DNA from: Actinomycetota bacterium | GTDB taxonomy: Bacteria > Actinomycetota > Acidimicrobiia > Acidimicrobiales > SZUA-35 | Reading direction: 5' to 3' | NCBI GenBank assembly: GCA_039201605.1 | Contig: JBCCRO010000030.1 | Location: 1,686-65,685, forward strand | Length of the DNA: 64,000 nucleotides | Shown here: piece by piece, positions 9,239-17,237 of the stretch | Position numbering within the stretch: the stretch's first letter is position 1 | How the letters are laid out: the number at the start of each line of letters is the position of its first letter | Translations under genes and position numbers: made by a program | Notes under the pieces: generated by a model | The model's database searches: none | What the model was told of the DNA's origin: nothing | The model's input: only the letters and a program-made list of their open reading frames with translations

Positions 9239-10054
9239 ATGGCAACCCTGGTCTGCTTCCACGCCCATCCCGACGACGAGGCCATCAGCACCGGCGGCCT
9301 CATGGCCAAGGCGGCCGCCGCCGGTCACCGGGTGGTGCTCGTGTGCGCCACCCGTGGCGAGCAGGGCGAGCCGCAGGAGGGCGTGCTCGACGAGGGCGAG
9401 GAGCTGTGGGAGCGCCGCGTCGTCGAGTTGGCCGAGGCGGCCAAGCTGCTCGGCGCCGACGAGCCCCGCTGGCTCGGCTACGAGGACTCCGGGATGATGG
9501 GCGAGCCGACCAATGAGAACCCGGCCTGTTTCTGGCAGGCCGACCACGACGAGGCCGTCGCCCGCTTCCAGGCCATCCTCGAAGAGGTGGAGGCCGACGT
9601 CGTCACCATCTACGACGAGCACGGCGGGTACGGCCACCCCGATCACATCCGGGTCCACACCGTCGGCCTCGCCGCCGCCCGGGCTGCCGGCATCGAGGGC
9701 GTCTACGAGGCGACGATGAACCGCACCGCCATCCAGGAGATGCGCGACGCCGCCCCCGAGACCTTCGAGAACGGCGATGGTGACGAGGATGGCGACGATG
9801 CGGACTTCGACGTCGACAGCTTCGGTACCGCCGCCGCCGACATCGCCTACCGGGTCGACGTGGGCGAGGTGATCGAGGCCAAGCGGGCGGCCATGGTGGC
9901 CCACCGCAGCCAGATCGGCCCCGACAGCCTGTTCCTGGCGATGCCCGATGAGGTCTTCGTCGTGGCCTTCGGCTCCGAGTGGTTCAACATCCCGGGCCGG
10001 ATCTCCAACGGCAACGGTCCCGTCGACGTCGAGATGCTCCCCGGCCTGGGCTGA
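9239..10054 (+). CDS. PIG-L family deacetylase (MshB/Mca/LmbE-like)
   Basis: N-terminal VCFHAHPDDEAISTGG hallmark and a later HPDH motif. 271 aa. Confidence 0.85.
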   Translation: MATLVCFHAHPDDEAISTGGLMAKAAAAGHRVVLVCATRGEQGEPQEGVLDEGEELWERRVVELAEAAKLLGADEPRWLGYEDSGMMGEPTNENPACFWQADHDEAVARFQAILEEVEADVVTIYDEHGGYGHPDHIRVHTVGLAAARAAGIEGVYEATMNRTAIQEMRDAAPETFENGDGDEDGDDADFDVDSFGTAAADIAYRVDVGEVIEAKRAAMVAHRSQIGPDSLFLAMPDEVFVVAFGSEWFNIPGRISNGNGPVDVEMLPGLG

Positions 10055-10150
10055 CCCCCTCCTCCGGCTCGGTCGTCGGCGCCGCCATCGCCCGCCAATC
10101 GAGGGCGTCCAGTTATCGCCCCCGGCCGGAAATGCGCTAGCCATGGAGAC

Positions 10151-11392
10151 ATGACTGCGACGACCGAGGCCGTCACGGCCCCCATCGAGTCCGAGGACGA
10201 CTTCCGCGCCCGGTGCCAGGCGTTCCTGGCCGAGCACGCCACCGGGCTGGTGTACGACAGGCCCGATCCTCGCAGCGCCAACGAGCTGGCCGCCAACAAG
10301 GCCTTCCAGGCCAAGGTGGTCGAGGCCGGTCTGGCCGGCATCACCTACCCGGCCGAGTACGGAGGTCTGGGACTGCCCCGGGGCCATGAGCGGATCTGGC
10401 GGGAGGAGTACGCCAAGCACAGCGACATGACCGGTCAGCTGACCATCAGTCACGGGATGTGCGTCCCGATGCTGGCCGAGTACGGCACCGACGAGCAGAA
10501 GCAGCGCTACCTGCCCGACGCCATCGCCGCCCGCACCGTGTGGTGCCAGATGTTCTCCGAGCCCGGCGCCGGCTCCGACGTCGCCAGCCTGCAGACCAGG
10601 GCGGTGCTCGACGGCGAGGAGTGGACCCTCAACGGCCAGAAGGTGTGGACCACGCTGGCCCACGTGTCCGACTACGGCATCGTGATCGCCCGGACCGATC
10701 CCGACGTCCCCAAGCACGCCGGTATCTCGATGTTCGTCGTCGACATGAACGCCCCCGGGGTCGAGACCCGACCGATCAACCAGGTCGACGGCGGCGTCCA
10801 CTTCAACGAGGTGTTCTTCACCGACGTCCGCCTGCCCGCCGACGCCCTCATCGGCGAGCTCAACGCCGGCTGGCGCCTGGCCACCGCCATGCTGATGTAC
10901 GAGCGGGTCGCCATCGGCACCGGTTCCAGCTCCGGCATCAAGACCCCGACCTCCGACATGCTGGTCAAGGTGGCCCGCAGCCACGGCGTGCTCGACGACG
11001 CCGTCGTCCGCCAGGAGCTGATGAAGGTCCACATCGAGGAGACGACCAAGAGCCTGGTCTCACTTCGCACCCGGGCCGAGATGAAGGCGGGCAAGACCCC
11101 CGGGCCCGGCGGTTCGCTCGGCAAGCTGCACGGGGCCAAGATCGCTCGCATGACCCGCCGGTTGCTGCTCAACCTCACCGGTCCATCCGGCCTGGCGTGG
11201 AGCGACGGCGAGCCCGACGGCGACAAGCACAGCCAGCTCACGCTGCGGAGCTTCGCCGCCAACATCGCCGGTGGTACCGACGAGATCCAGAAGAACATCA
11301 TCGGCGATCGGGTGCTCGGCCTCCCTCGGGACGTCAGCGTCGACCGCGACGTCCCGTTCCGGGATCTGAAGGTCGGCACCCAGTCGGACTAG
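10151..11392 (+). CDS. acyl-CoA dehydrogenase family protein
   Basis: CQMFSEPGAGSDVASLQT, WTLNGQKVWTT, and C-terminal GGTDEIQKNIIGDRVLGLP. GGAGAC sits upstream of the ATG. Confidence 0.9.
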   Translation: MTATTEAVTAPIESEDDFRARCQAFLAEHATGLVYDRPDPRSANELAANKAFQAKVVEAGLAGITYPAEYGGLGLPRGHERIWREEYAKHSDMTGQLTISHGMCVPMLAEYGTDEQKQRYLPDAIAARTVWCQMFSEPGAGSDVASLQTRAVLDGEEWTLNGQKVWTTLAHVSDYGIVIARTDPDVPKHAGISMFVVDMNAPGVETRPINQVDGGVHFNEVFFTDVRLPADALIGELNAGWRLATAMLMYERVAIGTGSSSGIKTPTSDMLVKVARSHGVLDDAVVRQELMKVHIEETTKSLVSLRTRAEMKAGKTPGPGGSLGKLHGAKIARMTRRLLLNLTGPSGLAWSDGEPDGDKHSQLTLRSFAANIAGGTDEIQKNIIGDRVLGLPRDVSVDRDVPFRDLKVGTQSD

Positions 11393-11501
11393 GCGGCGGG
11401 GCCGTCGGCGGGCGCCGCTCTTTATGTGAGACTTCTTTGCCTCGGCTTTCGGTCGGTTTACCTACGTTGAGGGTCAGCCCCCCACCAGGAGACCGATCCC
11501 C

Positions 11502-12785
11502 ATGTTTGCTCCTCCGGCCATCCCTTCAGGCTCAGAGGAACCCGATTCCCCCGAGAACGCCCCCACCGGCCCGATGCCGCAGCCGGTTCCTACTTCGTCG
11601 TTCGCCCCCGCCGAGGTCGGCGAGCCCGAACCGATCGCACCTCCCGTGCGACCGACACCGGCACCCCATGGCGCCGTTTCACCTACGGTGAGCCCTCCCA
11701 CAAACCCCCCGGCCAACGAGGCCGTCCGTCGTCCCCGATCCCGGGTGGCGGTGGCCTCGTTGGCATTCCTCCTGGGTGGCGCCGTGGGTGCCGGTGGTTT
11801 CGCCCTCGGCGCACAGTCGACCGAGACGACCGAGACGGTCCCCGCCACCACGTCGACGGTGACCGCCAACCAGGCCGCGGCGGTCGACACAACCGCCACG
11901 ACGGGCCAGACCACCGCCCCGCTCGATCTCAACGTCACCGAGCCGGCCGCCGCCGTCGCCGCATCGCTCGGCCCGGCCGTCGTCCAGGTGGAGACCAACT
12001 TCGGCCAGGGCTCCGGCGTTGTCTACGAGGAGGGGCTGATCCTCACCAACCACCACGTGATCGAGGGAGCGGAGACGGTCCGGGTGCGGACCTCCGACGG
12101 GCGGGTGTTCGACACCGAGGTGCTCGGCTCCGATCCCCGCAACGACATCGCCGTGCTCGCCGCCCCGGGGGCCGACATTCCCGTCGCCGCCATCGGCTCC
12201 GCCGACGTCCTCCAGCCGGGGCAGATCACGGTGGCGATCGGCAGCCCGTTCCGTCTGCAGCAGACGGTGACCGCCGGGATCGTGTCGTCGGTCAACCGGC
12301 CGGTGCCCAACCAGGACGGCACCGTCACCGCCATGATCCAGACCGACGCCCCCATCAACCCCGGTAACTCCGGTGGCGCCCTGGCCAACGTCGACGGCGA
12401 GGTCGTCGGTATCAACACCTCGATCCGGACCGACGGCACCACCAACGCCAACATCGGCATCGGCTTCGCCGTGCCCATCGAGACCGCCATCGAGGTGGCG
12501 GAACGGATTCAGAGCGGCGAGTCGCTCGAGCCCGGCGTCCTCGGTGTCTCCGGTGCTCTCAATGACGACGACCTCGGCGTTCCCCTCGACGAGATCGTGC
12601 CCGACTCGGCCGCCGATAGCGCAGGCCTGGAGGTGGGTGATCGGGTGCTGTCGATCGATGGTGTCCCGGTCACGTCGATCGAGGAACTCGCCGGTCTGAT
12701 CCAGACGCACTTCACCGGCGAGGTGATCGAACTGGAGGTGCTGCGGGGCACCGACCGGTTGACGGTCCAGGCGACCCTGTCCTGA
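11502..12785 (+). CDS. HtrA/PepD-like S1C trypsin-type serine protease with PDZ domain, membrane anchored
   Basis: Pro-rich N-terminus, TM segment VAVASLAFLLGGAVGAGGFAL, motifs ILTNHHV, NDIAVL and TDAPINPGNSGGAL (catalytic Ser), and a C-terminal PDZ (GLEVGDRVLSIDG). AGGAGA RBS. Confidence 0.85.
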   Translation: MFAPPAIPSGSEEPDSPENAPTGPMPQPVPTSSFAPAEVGEPEPIAPPVRPTPAPHGAVSPTVSPPTNPPANEAVRRPRSRVAVASLAFLLGGAVGAGGFALGAQSTETTETVPATTSTVTANQAAAVDTTATTGQTTAPLDLNVTEPAAAVAASLGPAVVQVETNFGQGSGVVYEEGLILTNHHVIEGAETVRVRTSDGRVFDTEVLGSDPRNDIAVLAAPGADIPVAAIGSADVLQPGQITVAIGSPFRLQQTVTAGIVSSVNRPVPNQDGTVTAMIQTDAPINPGNSGGALANVDGEVVGINTSIRTDGTTNANIGIGFAVPIETAIEVAERIQSGESLEPGVLGVSGALNDDDLGVPLDEIVPDSAADSAGLEVGDRVLSIDGVPVTSIEELAGLIQTHFTGEVIELEVLRGTDRLTVQATLS

Positions 12786-12799
12786 GACCGCTTGAGGTC

Positions 12800-12829
12800 G
12801 GCCTCCCCCCAGTCGCCCGGGGGGAGGCC
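12800..12829. terminator. GC-rich hairpin between convergent genes (GGCCTCCCCCC-N8-GGGGGGAGGCC)
   Basis: Perfect 11-bp stem at 12800-12810 / 12819-12829, between the htrA-like stop (12785) and the hydrolase stop (12835). Confidence 0.5.
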
Positions 12830-12834
12830 ACCGC

Positions 12835-13641
12835 TCACTCCGTGTGTGGTCGGCCGGCCGCCTGGTTCGTCCAGGCGGCCAGCTGGTTTTCGACCGCCGA
12901 CCAGACGGCGTGGGTGGGGTCGATGATGTGGAAGTGGTCGACGTCGGTCGGGCTGACGAGGGTGACGTCGTCGCCGGCGGCGGTGGCGGCGGCCACATAG
13001 TCCTCGACGAGATCGAGGGGCACGCTGTCGTCGGCGTGGCCGTGGACGACCAGCTGGGCCACGTCGAGGGGGAGCAGGGCGGCGGGTGACGCTGCGGCGT
13101 AGAGCTCGGGCGCAGTCGCACTGTCGGCACCGAGCAGCTCCCGCACCGCACCGTCGCTGAGGTTGCGTCGGTCGGCCTCGACCAGATCGGCCACCGGTGC
13201 CAGGGCGACCACGCCGTCGATCCGCCGCTCCCGGGTGGCGCCCCACAGGGCAAGGTGCCCACCGGCCGAGTGGCCGATGGCCACCAGCGGTCGGTGGCCC
13301 CGAGCCTCGCCTCGGCTGGCGGTCGGGCCGTCCGACCCCCGGTCGGCCAGATCGGCGGCGAGGGCGAGGGCGGCGTGGACGTCGGCCGACATCCGGCCCC
13401 AGACCCCGTGGGTATCCTCGATCCGGCGGTATTCGATGTTCACCGTCAGCCAGCCGTCGGCGGCGAGCGATGCCGCCAGCGGGTGCATCAGGTCGAGGGC
13501 GTAGCGATGGCGCCAGTAGCCACCGTGGACGAGGACCGCCGTACCGGGTGTCGGATCGGTGGCCGGTGGCGACCACACCTCGACGAACTGGTCGGGGTGC
13601 TCGCCGTAGGTGATGATCTCGGGCTCGGTGGCCATCACCAC
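12835..13641 (-). CDS. alpha/beta hydrolase (esterase/arylformamidase-like)
   Basis: VLVHGGYWRHRY oxyanion-type motif and GHSAGGHLA nucleophile elbow. 268 aa. Confidence 0.8.
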   Translation of the reverse strand: MVMATEPEIITYGEHPDQFVEVWSPPATDPTPGTAVLVHGGYWRHRYALDLMHPLAASLAADGWLTVNIEYRRIEDTHGVWGRMSADVHAALALAADLADRGSDGPTASRGEARGHRPLVAIGHSAGGHLALWGATRERRIDGVVALAPVADLVEADRRNLSDGAVRELLGADSATAPELYAAASPAALLPLDVAQLVVHGHADDSVPLDLVEDYVAAATAAGDDVTLVSPTDVDHFHIIDPTHAVWSAVENQLAAWTNQAAGRPHTE

Positions 13642-13714
13642 TGTTTAGCCGCAGCGGCTCCACCTCGGGGTGGCCATCGGCTTTGATGGGTGGATCACGG
13701 AGAGGGGAGTGCCT

Positions 13715-14356
13715 GTGGATTCATCGAAGAAGGCCTGGGACGATGTCGGTGACACCGTCGGGGGGTTGGGGAAGTCGCTCTCGAAGCGGCTGCGCAAGAA
13801 CGATGCCGACGCCGATGCGCCGGTGAGCGACGATCAACTCAAGGGCGAGGCCAAGCAGGCGGGCAAGTCGCTGCTCGGCGCTCTGTCGGCCACGGTCGAC
13901 GACGTGGGCAACGCCCTCTCCTCGGCCATCGACGGCTCCAGCCCCGGGGCGCAGGCCCCACCTCCTCCACCGGGAGCCGCAGCGCCGCCACCCGCCCCCG
14001 GTTCTCCGCCGCCTGGCCCGGGTCCGGTGGCCCCGCCGGCTGGTCCCCCCGGATCGGGTTCGGTGGCGCCTCCGGCCGGTCCTCCAGGGTTGGGATCGAT
14101 GCCGCCGCCCTCGGCCGAGCGGATTGCGACCGATCCGGTTGTACCGCCGGCTGGTCCCCCCGGATCGGGTTCGGTGGCGCCTCCCGCCGGGCCTCCCGGC
14201 TCGGGAGCGGTGCCGCCGCCGGTCGGCCCGCCGGGGTCGGGCACGAGCGCCGCTGCTCCACCGCCCGGTCCAACCGACTCGCTCGATCCGACGACGCTGC
14301 CGCCGCCGGTGGTGGACTCCGACGACGGTGACCCGGACGCCCAGCCGCTGGACTAG
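13715..14356 (+). CDS. proline-rich repeat protein, hypothetical
   Basis: Track ORF 13670-14356 trimmed to GTG 13715, which lies 5 nt after GGAGAGGGGAG. Helical Lys/Asp-rich N-terminus, then VAPPAGPPGSGS-type repeats. Confidence 0.6.
   Translation: MDSSKKAWDDVGDTVGGLGKSLSKRLRKNDADADAPVSDDQLKGEAKQAGKSLLGALSATVDDVGNALSSAIDGSSPGAQAPPPPPGAAAPPPAPGSPPPGPGPVAPPAGPPGSGSVAPPAGPPGLGSMPPPSAERIATDPVVPPAGPPGSGSVAPPAGPPGSGAVPPPVGPPGSGTSAAAPPPGPTDSLDPTTLPPPVVDSDDGDPDAQPLD
14043..14194 (+). repeat. identical 41-nt direct repeat (CCGCCGGCTGGTCCCCCCGGATCGGGTTCGGTGGCGCCTCC) 111 nt apart, inside the Pro-rich CDS
   Basis: Copies at 14043-14083 and 14154-14194. The spacing is 37 codons, so this is an in-frame duplication. 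Confidence 0.8.
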
Positions 14357-14512
14357 TCGACCTTGAGCGAACTCGTCACAAGCGATAGGTTGAAACGTGA
14401 TCCGTAACGGTTTACGTCGGATCGACCAGTTCGAGGTGAGAGCCCTGAACCACCCGTTCAGACCCTCGGCGGCACGATCCAGCTGAACCATCGCCGAGCC
14501 GAGGAACCTGGA

Positions 14513-14692
14513 TTGTCCTCAGAGCAAGATCCGCCTATCGATCCCGAGATCGATGTCGTCGTTGCCGCCCGTCGTCAGCTCGATGACGTGCTCGCCATCG
14601 AGGACGACGAGACGGCCCCGACGTCGCTGATCGACCTGGCCCGAGCCGCCGTCGACCAGTGGGACGGGGATGCCGCCGACTCGACCCGCTAG
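14513..14692 (+). CDS. possible unannotated small acidic ORF (59 aa, TTG start)
   Basis: Not in the track. High-GC3 frame: LSSEQDPPIDPEIDVVVAARRQLDDVLAIEDDETAPTSLIDLARAAVDQWDGDAADSTR*. GAGGAA sits 6 nt upstream of the TTG. In-frame stop at 14405-14407. Convergent with the sigma gene. Confidence 0.3.
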   Translation: MSSEQDPPIDPEIDVVVAARRQLDDVLAIEDDETAPTSLIDLARAAVDQWDGDAADSTR

Positions 14693-14705
14693 TCGTTTCG
14701 GTCCG

Positions 14706-15293
14706 TCACCCCTCGCCCCCTTGGTCGTCGACGTCGTCTTCGTTCGACGTGTCGGGAGCCAGATGCTCCTTGAGTTTGGTCAGCCCTTTCGTCCGGTGTT
14801 CTCGCACCGATCGTGGGTGAATGCCGAGTCGCTCGGCTATCTCCGTCACCGAGAGACCATCGACCAGGTGGAGTAAGGCCACCTGGAGTTGCCTCCCCCG
14901 GAGGAGTTCGTGGACGAGATCCACCAGGTGCATCCGGCCCAGCAACTCATCGATGGCACTCGGTTCATGATCCTGGTGTCGCTGCACACCCGGTCGTGGT
15001 TCCGGTGGGGGTCCATCGTCGAAGTTGGCCCGACGTTCCCGCTTCTCCCGCCGCTGCTCCGATCTGAGAAGGTCGCGGTAGGCGTTGATCGCCGACCGAC
15101 GGATGTAGTTCAGCCAGTACTGCTCGCCTTTACCCCGAGCCCGCCGAACGTGGTCGCTGTCCCACTTCCGGTGGAGGTTGTAGGCCACTCGCTGAGCGAT
15201 CTCATCCGCCGTGTCCGCCGAAGCCCCCGCCATCGCCGCCGCGCTCCGGGCGGTGTCGAGGATTCGCCGGCATTCTTCATTCGCGTCAGCCAT
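14706..15293 (-). CDS. sigma-70 family (ECF-like) RNA polymerase sigma factor, 195 aa
   Basis: Track ORF 14706-15527 trimmed to ATG 15291-15293, preceded by GGGAGGAG. Region 2-like YWLNYIRRSAINAYRDLLR. Region 4 HTH LSVTEIAERLGIHPRSVREHRTKGLTKLKEHL. Confidence 0.8.
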   Translation of the reverse strand: MADANEECRRILDTARSAAAMAGASADTADEIAQRVAYNLHRKWDSDHVRRARGKGEQYWLNYIRRSAINAYRDLLRSEQRREKRERRANFDDGPPPEPRPGVQRHQDHEPSAIDELLGRMHLVDLVHELLRGRQLQVALLHLVDGLSVTEIAERLGIHPRSVREHRTKGLTKLKEHLAPDTSNEDDVDDQGGEG

Positions 15294-15622
15294 GGTGCTC
15301 CTCCCGTTGTCGATCGGGAGGGCGGCACCGGGGCCGCCGCCTAGTGCGATAGAGGTTTCGTTGTCGTACTCCCCGAGCCCTGCAGAACATAACTCTCCTC
15401 GGTGTCTGGACCTAGAGCGCGCTTCGGCTTCGAAAGCGACCCTGCCTCGGGCCGTAGCGCAGTCATTTCCCAATGGCGGCCGCTGATCGCGACCACACGC
15501 CGATGAGGAGCTGCCGTCCACTCGCAACCAAGGCGGGGTCTCCCTCGGCCCCTGGCACGGCGAGGCTCGGAAGCCGTCGGCCGTGTTGGTTGTAGAGCGG
15601 TCCTCTTCACGATGATCCTTTC

Positions 15623-15653
15623 GTTCTTTTCAGGTAGTAGGGCTGAAAAGAGC
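15623..15653. other. AT-rich stem-loop (CTTTTCAG-N9-CTGAAAAG) in the 500-bp sigma/XRE divergent spacer
   Basis: Perfect 8-bp arms at 15626-15633 / 15643-15650, extendable with flanking pairs. No U-run on either strand. Confidence 0.35.
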
Positions 15654-15676
15654 AGAAGAAGAATCTGAACAGTGAT

Positions 15677-15705
15677 CTTGTCACACGAACCGGTTACCGG
15701 ACAAG
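15677..15705. promoter_or_regulatory. composite palindrome CTTGTC-N5-AACCGGTT-N4-GACAAG upstream of the XRE gene (candidate autoregulatory operator)
   Basis: Arms at 15677-15682 / 15700-15705 flank the perfect 8-bp palindrome 15688-15695. About 90 bp upstream of GTG 15797. Confidence 0.3.
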
Positions 15706-15796
15706 TTGCTTACCAACTTTGTGTGGATCGGTTACGGTAATCGAAGTACAGTTCGTACCGACGTGGAGGATCTGCGCTCGGAAGGGGAGGTGTCGA

Positions 15797-16654
15797 GTGG
15801 CTACGACCTCGCCGCTGGTTGCTCAACTGGAGTTCAGCGTTCGCATCCGGGAGCGTCGGCGCGAGCTCGAACTCGACGCTCGCACGGTCAGCTCCCGGAT
15901 GGGCTTCTCGCGTAACTACTACTCCGCCGTGGAGAACAATCGGGCGAAATTGGCCGACGACCGCCTCCCTGAACTCGCCACCATCCTCGAACTCGACGAG
16001 GCCACCACAGCCGAACTCGCCAGTCTACTTAGCGCATCTCGCAAGTCCGGCTGGTGGGATGCTTACTCGAAGTTCATCGATGAGTCCTTCGTCGAGCTCT
16101 GGGCCTTGGAGGATGGTGGCTCTGCGATTGACGTGTATGAATCCAGCGTCGTGACGGGTTTGTTGCAGACTCGCCAGTACGCCGAAGCGATGATCAAGGT
16201 TGACCCCCGGACTAGCGCCAAGGACACACGTCGATTTGTTGAGGCTCGAATGAAGCGACAGGAGCGACTGGCAGGTGGCAATCCTCCCGAGCTTCGAGTG
16301 CTATTGAGCGAGTCCGTGGTCATGCAGGAAGTCGGTGGTCCAATCGTCCTCAGGGGCCAGCTTCAGTATCTTCTCGACAAGGCAGACAGGATGCGTGGGG
16401 CGCTCCGTTTGCGGATCACGCCGTTTACTGCGACTGAGACTATGGCGGCCTCTTCCCTCTTCTTCATCGGATTTGATAGCCCGCATCTGGAGCGAGTCGT
16501 ATGGCGCGAGGCCGGCAGCGCGTTGGGCTTCTCCTCCGATCCAGACTTGCTCGAGGATCTCTCGCTCGCATTCGATCGCGTTTGGGATTCGGCGCTTGAT
16601 GAGGTTGAGACACTCAACCTAATTGCCGGCCGAGCTAAGTCACTCTCTGCGTAG
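15797..16654 (+). CDS. XRE-family HTH regulator with DUF5753-type C-terminal domain (WhiJ/Scr1-like)
   Basis: Track ORF trimmed to GTG 15797, which lies 6 nt after GGGGAGG. HTH LDARTVSSRMGFSRNYYSAVENNR. The C-terminal WWDAY...YESSVVTGLLQT...RITPF pattern is typical of the family that pairs with DUF397. Confidence 0.85.
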   Translation: MATTSPLVAQLEFSVRIRERRRELELDARTVSSRMGFSRNYYSAVENNRAKLADDRLPELATILELDEATTAELASLLSASRKSGWWDAYSKFIDESFVELWALEDGGSAIDVYESSVVTGLLQTRQYAEAMIKVDPRTSAKDTRRFVEARMKRQERLAGGNPPELRVLLSESVVMQEVGGPIVLRGQLQYLLDKADRMRGALRLRITPFTATETMAASSLFFIGFDSPHLERVVWREAGSALGFSSDPDLLEDLSLAFDRVWDSALDEVETLNLIAGRAKSLSA

Positions 16655-16804
16655 CTTCTAGCTCGTACTGTGGCCATTTTGCGCAACACTTGACGTTTGG
16701 TTGACAAGCGTTCTCACTGGCGGCGCCCACGGCTAAGGTCCGCCGCTGGGGCAAAATGCGACGGCGGGCCTCATCAGGGTTTCCGAGATCGCAAAGGAGC
16801 GAAT

Positions 16805-17194
16805 TTGTCTCGACCACCGAGTGGCCATAGCTGCTGGGCGTACGCCTGGCCTGAATTCCGGAAGCCGACCGCCTCTGTAGGCGCTGGTGCTTGCGTAGAG
16901 ATTCGAGTTGATTCTGTAACCATCTTGATTCGAGATTCCAAGCAGAACCATCAGGCTCAGCAGCCGGTGATCGAGGTTTCGCTCGATGCTTGGTTCCAGA
17001 TTCTCGATGAGTTTGCCGGGCGACTGCCGCTCAACGTCAATGGCGAGTTGCGTATCGACAAGGCTGAAGACGGTTCGGCCACCTTCACGTCGGTCGCCAC
17101 CGGCGTGTGCCTGTCCTACACGAAGGCCGAGATCCTCGCCTTCGAGCATGGCGTGCTCAACGGGGAGTTCACCCCGGAGCTCGTCGCCGTCTGA
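16805..17194 (+). CDS. DUF397 domain protein (extended, 129 aa)
   Basis: TTG 16805 lies 6 nt after AAGGAG. FRKPTASVGAGACVEIRVDSVTILIRDSKQ matches the DUF397 hallmark (RKSS.S...CVEV...V.VRDSK). The C-terminal ...TKAEILAFEHGVLNGEFT resembles the usual DUF397 end, so the domain carries a roughly 50-aa insertion. Confidence 0.75.
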   Translation: MSRPPSGHSCWAYAWPEFRKPTASVGAGACVEIRVDSVTILIRDSKQNHQAQQPVIEVSLDAWFQILDEFAGRLPLNVNGELRIDKAEDGSATFTSVATGVCLSYTKAEILAFEHGVLNGEFTPELVAV

Positions 17195-17202
17195 TAGCTG
17201 GA

Positions 17203-17234
17203 GCGGGTGTCGGCCCAAGGTGGGCCGACACCGC
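17203..17234. terminator. hairpin between convergent DUF397 and DivIVA genes
   Basis: GGTGTCGGCCCA (17206-17217), AGG loop, TGGGCCGACACC (17221-17232). 12-bp perfect stem. Confidence 0.5.
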
Positions 17235-17237
17235 TTC

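Noticed and set aside
6575-11032. 1485-aa ORF on the minus strand, and similar giants: 2745-5054(-), 3752-5878(+), 20870-22942(-), 28175-29902(-), 34422-36410(-), 52589-54364(+), 55895-58432(+), 59195-61702(+)
   Set aside because: These are antisense or off-frame to genes with clear family motifs. Their translations are Arg/Gly/Pro/His-rich with no recognisable domains. This is the expected artefact of stop-poor frames in very GC-rich DNA.
14043-14230. Possible CRISPR-like repeat array
   Set aside because: There are only two identical 41-nt copies plus degenerate units. All are in frame inside a Pro-rich coding sequence, and there are no cas genes.
14360-17237. Lower-GC islet as a mobile genetic element
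   Set aside because: I could find no integrase, transposase or recombinase, no flanking direct repeats and no tRNA. It is kept only as a possible horizontally acquired regulatory cassette.
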